Assembly (NCBI GenBank): GCA_902793915.1
Contig: CADBFJ010000005.1
Coordinates: 1-35,274 of the forward strand
Reading direction: 5' to 3'
DNA length: 35,274 nt
Source of the DNA: an uncultured Ruminococcus sp.
GTDB lineage: Bacteria > Bacillota > Clostridia > Oscillospirales > CAG-272
The stretch's first letter is position 1, and each line of letters opens with the position of its first letter. The notes beneath the pieces are model-generated. The model saw only the letters and a program-made list of their open reading frames with translations, ran no database searches and was not told where the DNA came from. Below are positions 7,952 to 12,783 of the stretch, one piece after another. Made by a program: the position numbers and the translations under genes.

Positions 7952-8392
7952 TCAATCAAAAAGCACGTCCATCTTTTGTTGAAGAAAAGGAATACATTCA
8001 TTTACTGTTTTGGGTAAGTGTTCCCTCTGCATATGAATTTCGGCAAATGGTTTTTCGTCAGAATCATGCGGGATGCATACACGGATCATTTCCGAATATC
8101 CAAGCCCTTTTAATTGATCAACGGTTTCAAAGAACTCTTGATTTTGATAGATCATGTCCCATAAGATCAAGGTTTTAAGCACCGAAAGATCCGGATTGGG
8201 ATGGTATATGTCTTGAAAAGCAAAATCCGCAAAGCCGGAACAAATTGCATTGCATAAATCTTCGGCATAATACCCGAACTTTTCAATTCTCTCAATAATT
8301 TTACCCTCCACTTTTCCTTCCGTTTTTTTGACAAGCGCAATGATTTCATTGTTCCGATTTATTTCAAGCGAAATCAACATCAAAAAATCCAT
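7952..8392 (-). CDS. hypothetical protein, 146 aa, no recognisable motif
   Basis: Clean AT-rich ORF convergent with the nuclease-like gene. It has its own promoter carrying dyad O3. Confidence 0.55.
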   Translation of the reverse strand: MDFLMLISLEINRNNEIIALVKKTEGKVEGKIIERIEKFGYYAEDLCNAICSGFADFAFQDIYHPNPDLSVLKTLILWDMIYQNQEFFETVDQLKGLGYSEMIRVCIPHDSDEKPFAEIHMQREHLPKTVNECIPFLQQKMDVLFD

Positions 8393-8447
8393 CCTTTCTA
8401 TTTACCCTGTCCGGTTTCAATCTTGCTATAGAAATGATAGCATAGTA

Positions 8448-8476
8448 ATTGTACCAAATAGGGGACGAATTCCTAA
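8448..8476 (-). promoter_or_regulatory. promoter TTAGGA-17-TACAAT (TGg extension) overlapped by dyad O3 (minus-strand GTCCCCTATTTGGTAC, 8451-8466)
   Basis: -10 at 8448-8453 and -35 at 8471-8476 (plus-strand coordinates). O3 has the same geometry relative to the -10 as O2. Confidence 0.6.
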
Positions 8477-8638
8477 TTTAATAGATATAAATACTCGTGT
8501 GCCTTGCCCAATCCACCCCTTTGAATTTGCCAATTTCGCACACGGGCACCCGCGCCGCTGTCCGTGAGCGAAAGCCCCGGAGATCATGCCGCCCCCTGGG
8601 GTAACTCATGGTTTACTCCTCTACCCCGCCGCTTCGAC

Positions 8639-8674
8639 CCATAATCCAACGATTACCCATAATCCAACGATTAC
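8639..8674. repeat. tandem 18-nt direct repeat ccataatccaacgattac x2
   Basis: Two exact adjacent copies; a single copy occurs at 11384-11401. It marks the left edge of the ~400-nt duplicated module. Confidence 0.85.
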
Positions 8675-8703
8675 TGTTTGAAATAAGCCAAAAAAGCAAA
8701 AAA

Positions 8704-8742
8704 GCAACCGTTACAGACCTGTTTTTGATCTGTATCGGTTGC
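8704..8742. terminator. bidirectional terminator-like hairpin (GCAACCGTTACAGA / TCTGTATCGGTTGC) flanked by A- and T-runs
   Basis: 14-bp stem with one mismatch. The homologous hairpin at 11430-11470 has a different outer stem sequence (GGCAGCC/GGCTGCC) but keeps the pairing. Confidence 0.6.
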
Positions 8743-8792
8743 CTTTTATTTGTTCAAAAACTCGAAAAAGCCCTTATTTCAAGCACTTTTTG

Positions 8793-8839
8793 GGCAAAAC
8801 AAAAGAAACGGCTATTCTATCAAAATAGTCGTTTCTTTA
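8793..8839. repeat. R1-B: second copy of the R1 hairpin
   Basis: Near-identical to 4668-4711 and 11521-11566. Confidence 0.85.
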
Positions 8840-9017
8840 TGGCACGGCATGAGGGATTCAGAACCAAACTGCGGCGAAAGGGGGGCTTTTCGTGCTCGTT
8901 CCTCTCTTCCTTGTTTTCGCCTCCGTGCACCGTTTTCTCGTCGGCTGAACGCCTCCGTTTTGCTTGCGGCAAAAACCGAAAACGGCAGGGGGTTGTTCAT
9001 TGCCCCCATCTCGCGCC
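8840..9017. repeat. X1: ~178-nt unit beginning with a degenerate copy of the tRNA-Arg 3' end (T-loop to CCA), then a 33-nt variable segment and a 78-nt block identical to X2
   Basis: 8840-8866 tggcacggcatgagggattcagaacc resembles the tRNA-Arg 3' end at 11776-11802. 8840-8880 matches 11567-11607 at 39/41. 8914-8991 is identical to 11641-11718. 8881-8913 is unrelated to 11608-11640 but has the same length. Confidence 0.8.
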
Positions 9018-9022
9018 AAAAA

Positions 9023-9044
9023 GGCGGATGCTGTTGCATCCGCC
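9023..9044 (-). terminator. intrinsic terminator on the minus strand (GGCGGATGC-aaca-GCATCCGCC followed by TTTTT)
   Basis: 9-bp GC-rich stem with a T5 tract on the minus strand (9018-9022). Confidence 0.65.
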
Positions 9045-9047
9045 TCG

Positions 9048-9103
9048 TTGTGTTGCGTAGTAGATATTGATAGAATCCACGAGAGGGGGGATAAGTGGTT
9101 ACC
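9048..9103. repeat. R2-B: second copy of the 55-nt R2 element
   Basis: ttgtgttgcgtagtagatattgatagaatccacgagaggggggataagtggttacc aligns with 4712-4766. Confidence 0.8.
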
Positions 9104-9196
9104 CTCTAACACGGAAACTACTGTATATCTGCCAGTTGAATCTCTCGCCCAGTTGAGAATACCTATCAAAAACGAATAGTCATCTCTATTTCCTCT

Positions 9197-9226
9197 ATTA
9201 TAACATTCTTTATGTATCTGCACCAA
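9197..9226 (-). promoter_or_regulatory. candidate minus-strand promoter TTGGTG-18-TATAAT with a TGt extension, downstream of the SIR2-like gene
   Basis: ATTATAACA at 9197-9205 is TGTTATAAT on the minus strand. It forms an inverted repeat with TGTTATAAT at 9232-9240 on the plus strand. Confidence 0.45.
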
Positions 9227-9270
9227 ACGATTGTTATAATGCGCCCCCCGGGCATAATTCTTGCATCCAG

Positions 9271-10218
9271 TTATAGATATGGATTTATTGGAAATGTTTT
9301 TTCTTCCTTCGCCCATTTTTCACTTTGAATCAACGGGTTAACCAATAATGAAATATCATTGAAATCCATACTGTTTTTAAAGCCTTTACTCCCATCTAAA
9401 AATCTACAATTCATCAATCTATCAAATGTTGCCTCACAACTTCGCCGCGGGTATCTCCCAAGTGTGGTGTCAAAAAAATCATTATGATAGGAATAATGAT
9501 GCGTATAAATAAACTCTTGCCATGACTCAAAGACCTCTTCTTCTGGACGTAAATCTACTATCTCGATTTCTTCCATTGTTCTATCCGTAACATTCCCCCA
9601 TGCATTTTTTAACATGGATACAGCTTCGACATCGCTTTTAGGTGCACTGTATCCAAAGATGGTTATCATATACGCTACTTCAAGTGCATTTTGTAATGCT
9701 TCCCATGATTTAGAAATGGCAGGATTTTTTTGATAATTCTTATTTTTTATTGGATATAGTAGCCCTATACCCTGTAGTGGTTCACCACATTTGCATTTAC
9801 CGCCGATATTACCAATGACATTATCTTTTTCACAATATCCTATTGCAACATTGCCATGAAGAAATGCAAGTGAGGTTAAACTCAAAATAAGAAAATCATA
9901 TACCGTCGGATTGTCGGGTATAGTATATTCCGATATATACTCATATATCTTCGTCTCAAGTTCCAATTTTGCTTTTTCATAAATACTACCGGGAGTACTT
10001 TTTTCTGAAATCTCCATATAGATATCTTCTAAATTATCCGAAGTAGTATCCAATGACAAAGACGAAATGATATTTTTTAGACCAAGTTTTTCTATAAACC
10101 CCTTCATTGCAGAAATCTTTTTCCCATTTTTATCACCGTTGGGTATTGCTGCACAACTCGCACCAGCACCAAGAATTACAACATGGGGGCGCCATTTCAT
10201 TTGTTCTTCATATGTCAT
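9271..10218 (-). CDS. compact SIR2/sirtuin-like NAD-binding protein (315 aa)
   Basis: VVILGAGASCAAIP (GAGxS...IP), AFLHGNV (catalytic-His-like HG) followed by a Cys cluster (C-x12-CKCGEPL), and ITIFGYSAPKSD (second Rossmann strand). AT-rich, and last gene of a 3-gene operon. Confidence 0.6.
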   Translation of the reverse strand: MTYEEQMKWRPHVVILGAGASCAAIPNGDKNGKKISAMKGFIEKLGLKNIISSLSLDTTSDNLEDIYMEISEKSTPGSIYEKAKLELETKIYEYISEYTIPDNPTVYDFLILSLTSLAFLHGNVAIGYCEKDNVIGNIGGKCKCGEPLQGIGLLYPIKNKNYQKNPAISKSWEALQNALEVAYMITIFGYSAPKSDVEAVSMLKNAWGNVTDRTMEEIEIVDLRPEEEVFESWQEFIYTHHYSYHNDFFDTTLGRYPRRSCEATFDRLMNCRFLDGSKGFKNSMDFNDISLLVNPLIQSEKWAKEEKTFPINPYL

Positions 10219-10223
10219 TCCTA

Positions 10224-10415
10224 TTATTTACCGCCAATCTCACAGCATATATCTTCAAAATCTCCATCTGGAATTTCTCGACCGATTTCATTTGACAAAA
10301 TGGTTGCCAGCATATTGGTCTTCACTCTTTTATTCGGGTACAAATCATTTTGAAGTAAGCGAAAGAAATTCTCGTCGCTTAAGCATTTTTGAAATAAAGT
10401 ATTTAAATCAATCAT
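10224..10415 (-). CDS. small protein (63 aa) paralogous to the N-terminal domain of the 283-aa protein
   Basis: MIDLNTLFQKCLSDENFFRLLQNDLYPNKRVKTNMLATILSNEIGREI aligns with MIDLKTLFQKHPDCISNENRFRALMNELYPNERAKTNVLATILSTGIGREI. ATG 10415 has SD GGTGAG; the ORF-track start at 10439 overlaps the upstream stop. Confidence 0.55.
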   Translation of the reverse strand: MIDLNTLFQKCLSDENFFRLLQNDLYPNKRVKTNMLATILSNEIGREIPDGDFEDICCEIGGK

Positions 10416-10435
10416 ACGCCCAATCTCACCACATA

Positions 10436-11287
10436 TCAATCCAAGCTAATCCACATCGCTGGGCGGACTGCCTTGGAATAGTCAACATTGTAGCCATAGT
10501 ACTCGACAGAGCCATCACGGTTGACATAAGCAGCGTTGCTAGATTGCATACCGGGTGACCGTAGCCACCAACGTGCCTCATTAACAAACCAACCCTCACA
10601 TTTCCTCGCTTCATCAGAACTAAAATATTTGTTTGCCTCTAGTATGCTCAATAGAAATACTTTATCGTTTGTTTTTTTACCAGGAGAAATCCTATAAGAC
10701 GGATTCTTATCAGCAGTAACGGTTGTACTTTGGATCTTTCTCTGTTCCTCTGCGCTGAATGCACAATTAAGAAAATCGTTGTTCAGCCACTTGCGCAATG
10801 AACAAGCTTCCCATGTTGTGGAAACAGAATACCCCGGCGGATCATGATACGGCTTGATAGTCAGCAAAATTTTGCTAATGATAAATGCTTTCCTATCCTT
10901 TTCGTCCAATATGAGCCATTCGATTGGAGCAGGTTCACCATACGCAGACTGTGGATAGCGCCCGAAGGTGATAATACCTCCATGTGCTACTGTTAAGTTG
11001 TTAGAATCTGCAAAACCGTCAGCAGTCGGCCACAGTTGCAAGCATTTCTCACACAAATCGCTTGCAAAGCCATATTCATTTTCCAGCCACTTCGCAAAGT
11101 TGCTTAAAGATAAATAGTCGCTTTTCCCGTTTTGAATCTCTCGACCGATTCCAGTCGACAAAATGGTCGCCAGCACATTTGTCTTCGCTCTTTCATTCGG
11201 GTACAATTCGTTCATCAGCGCGCGAAAGCGATTCTCGTTGCTTATGCAGTCAGGATGCTTTTGAAATAAGGTTTTTAAATCAATCAT
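10436..11287 (-). CDS. two-domain protein: unknown ~85-aa N-terminal domain plus a DUF6273-like C-terminal domain
   Basis: The C-terminal motifs RKWLNNDFLNCAFSAEEQ, DKVFLLSILEA, WWLRSPG and VRPAMWI match my memory of the DUF6273 family. There is no signal peptide. Confidence 0.55.
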   Translation of the reverse strand: MIDLKTLFQKHPDCISNENRFRALMNELYPNERAKTNVLATILSTGIGREIQNGKSDYLSLSNFAKWLENEYGFASDLCEKCLQLWPTADGFADSNNLTVAHGGIITFGRYPQSAYGEPAPIEWLILDEKDRKAFIISKILLTIKPYHDPPGYSVSTTWEACSLRKWLNNDFLNCAFSAEEQRKIQSTTVTADKNPSYRISPGKKTNDKVFLLSILEANKYFSSDEARKCEGWFVNEARWWLRSPGMQSSNAAYVNRDGSVEYYGYNVDYSKAVRPAMWISLD

Positions 11288-11325
11288 ATTGCTTTGCCCT
11301 CACAAAATCCGTTTCAATTTAGAAT

Positions 11326-11354
11326 ATTATATCACAAAGCCTTCTTAATTTCTA
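11326..11354 (-). promoter_or_regulatory. promoter for the 283-aa/63-aa/SIR2 operon: extended -10 TGaTATAAT with a weak -35 TAGAAA
   Basis: ATTATATCA at 11326-11334 on the plus strand. The -35 (11349-11354) lies inside one arm of the inverted repeat at 11350-11378. Confidence 0.55.
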
Positions 11355-11378
11355 CACTTTCAGCGAAAAAGTGTAGAA
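11350..11378. promoter_or_regulatory. inverted repeat TTCTACACTTT-N7-AAAGTGTAGAA (candidate operator)
   Basis: Perfect 11-bp arms overlapping the -35 of the operon promoter, with no flanking U-tract. Confidence 0.5.
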
Positions 11379-11383
11379 ACGCC

Positions 11384-11401
11384 CCATAATCCAACGATTA
11401 C
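11384..11401. repeat. single copy of the 18-nt repeat ccataatccaacgattac; left edge of duplicated module copy 2
   Basis: Identical to the units at 8639-8674. The homology continues rightward through 11742. Confidence 0.8.
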
Positions 11402-11429
11402 TCTTTGAAACGAGCCGAAAAACAAAAAA

Positions 11430-11470
11430 GGCAGCCTTTACAGACCTGTTTTTGATCTGCATCGGCTGCC
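11430..11470. terminator. bidirectional terminator-like hairpin (GGCAGCCTTTACAGA / TCTGCATCGGCTGCC)
   Basis: Homolog of 8704-8742 with stem-preserving substitutions. Confidence 0.55.
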
Positions 11471-11520
11471 TTATATTGATTCAAAAACTCGAAAAAGCCC
11501 TTATTTCAAGCACTTCCGGG

Positions 11521-11566
11521 GTAAAACAAAAGAAACGGCTATTCTATCAAAATAGTCGTTTCTTTT
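11521..11566. repeat. R1-C: third copy of the R1 hairpin
   Basis: Near-identical to R1-A and R1-B. Confidence 0.85.
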
Positions 11567-11742
11567 TGGCGCGGCATGAGGGATTCAGAACCCAACTGCG
11601 GCGAAAGTGATTGTATCCTACGCGCGCCGTCACTTTTCTCTTTTCGCCTCCGTGCACCGTTTTCTCGTCGGCTGAACGCCTCCGTTTTGCTTGCGGCAAA
11701 AACCGAAAACGGCAGGGGCTTCTCGTCCTCTCGTACGGCACC
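11567..11742. repeat. X2: second copy of the tRNA-Arg-3'-end-derived unit
   Basis: 11567-11593 tggcgcggcatgagggattcagaaccc matches the tRNA 3' end at 26 of 27 positions (one extra base). It carries the identical 78-nt block and a divergent 33-nt segment. Confidence 0.8.
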
Positions 11743-11748
11743 AAAAAA

Positions 11749-11770
11749 CGGGATGGTAAAAACCATCCCG
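11749..11770. terminator. terminator of tRNA-Arg (CGGGATGG-loop-CCATCCCG, with an A6 run on one side and a T6 run on the other)
   Basis: 8-bp stem immediately 3' of the tRNA on the minus strand, followed there by TTTTTT. Confidence 0.7.
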
Positions 11771-11775
11771 TTTTT

Positions 11776-11852
11776 TGGCGCGGCATGAGGGATTCGAACC
11801 CCCGACCTACTGGTTCGTAGCCAGGCACTCTATCCGGCTGAGCTAATGCCGC
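11776..11852 (-). tRNA. tRNA-Arg (anticodon ACG), CCA encoded
   Basis: The minus strand reads GCGGCAT TA GCTC AGCCGGATA GAGT G CCTGG CTACGAA CCAGT AGGTC GGGGG TTCGAAT CCCTC ATGCCGC G CCA. It is 77 nt and close to E. coli tRNA-Arg(ACG). Confidence 0.92.
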
Positions 11853-11873
11853 ATATTCGTTTCGTACCCGGTC

Positions 11874-11902
11874 ATTATACCCCATTCTGCTCTCTTTGTC
11901 AA
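11874..11902 (-). promoter_or_regulatory. consensus promoter TTGACA-17-TATAAT for tRNA-Arg
   Basis: -10 at 11874-11879 and -35 at 11897-11902 (plus-strand coordinates). Confidence 0.75.
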
Positions 11903-11940
11903 GTCTTTTTGGGGAAAAGTTTTTGAAAAAAGATTTTTTG

Positions 11941-12783
11941 TCAAGACGCCAAAAATTCTTCCAGGGTCATCCCGCGAAAATAGATGGCGGTTGCGACTTC
12001 CCTACCGACAAAGCGGTAGTGCCAGGGCTCGTAGCTATATCCCGTGACCTCTTCTTTTGTTTCGGGATAGCGGAGAATAAAACCGAAGCGATAAGCGTTC
12101 TCCGAAAGCCATGCAAACGCCTCGCTTGTTTCAAAGCTACGGTCGAGCGTGCTCATGGTCGAGGTGATAAAATCCACGCAAAGGCCTGTCTGGTGTTCGC
12201 TGTACCCCGCCTCCGCCGAATAGGATTTTACCACGACCGTGGCGTCGGTTTTGTTCAGTTTGGTAAGCCCTTTTTGGGTATAGTTCTTTGCAATATAGTC
12301 CTCGCCAAAATAGGCATAGGCCTCGGTCGAGATTCCGCTCATCTCACTTGCAAGATAATTTGCAAAAAGCCGCTGCTGATAGGTATAGGATCGGTAGCCG
12401 CTGGTAACGAACAGATCCGAAATGCCATCGGCTTCCATTTCCCGCGTCATAGAGAGAACCGCCTGTGCTACGCGCGCTTCGAGCATGACCTCTTTCTCGT
12501 AGTAGGTCTTGCCCGAATACTCGACCAAATTCTCGGGAACATGATCTTTTGAGAGCGGATGCTCCTTGTTGGCAAGGATCAGATACTCCCCGGCACCCGC
12601 GGTCAAAAGGATATCCTCGTCCACTTCGGTATGATAAGTATAGGTCACGTCAGGATCCTCGGGGATGTCAACGTCGGGGGTTTCGGGGCGCGGATCCACC
12701 TTGCGGCACGCCGAAAAAAGACACGTAAGGACCAGTGCCGCCGCGAGAAGTTTTACAAATTGGCGATTGTTTTTCGGCATCAT
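11941..12783 (-). CDS. D-alanyl-D-alanine carboxypeptidase, VanY/M15B family lipoprotein
   Basis: Lipobox LTCLFSAC and motifs SGYRSYTYQQ, SEHQTGLCVDF and EPWHYRFVG. Confidence 0.85.
   Translation of the reverse strand: MMPKNNRQFVKLLAAALVLTCLFSACRKVDPRPETPDVDIPEDPDVTYTYHTEVDEDILLTAGAGEYLILANKEHPLSKDHVPENLVEYSGKTYYEKEVMLEARVAQAVLSMTREMEADGISDLFVTSGYRSYTYQQRLFANYLASEMSGISTEAYAYFGEDYIAKNYTQKGLTKLNKTDATVVVKSYSAEAGYSEHQTGLCVDFITSTMSTLDRSFETSEAFAWLSENAYRFGFILRYPETKEEVTGYSYEPWHYRFVGREVATAIYFRGMTLEEFLAS

Noticed and set aside
8639-8674. Possible CRISPR array or iteron cluster.
   Set aside because: There are only two directly abutting 18-nt units with no spacers, and no cas genes in the window. It is not a CRISPR array.
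8840-9017. The idea that unit X is a tmRNA, a 6S RNA or an intron-containing tRNA, because of its tRNA-like 3' end and pairing termini.
   Set aside because: It has no tRNA 5' half or D-arm, no acceptor-stem partner in the correct register, no tag reading frame, and is far too short for tmRNA or a group I intron. There is no promoter, and each copy is immediately preceded by a terminator on the minus strand.
8812-9039. Two paralogous 75-aa minus-strand ORFs (8812-9039 and 11539-11766) that share PLPFSVFAASKTEAFSRRENGARRRK and LSPQ.GSESLMP..KETTILIE.
   Set aside because: They read through a tRNA-derived fragment and the R1 terminator hairpin. Each starts at an ATG inside a terminator stem without a usable SD. 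Their conservation is fully explained by nucleotide identity of the X/R1 repeats, with no synonymous-type variation in the 78-nt block. I treat them as non-coding, although the equal length of the variable part keeps a small residual doubt.
4668-11852. Search for an integrase, transposase or recombinase that could explain the island.
   Set aside because: None of the ORFs on either strand shows tyrosine or serine recombinase, DDE or HUH motifs that I can recognise. The island is therefore reported as integrase-less rather than as a defined mobile element.
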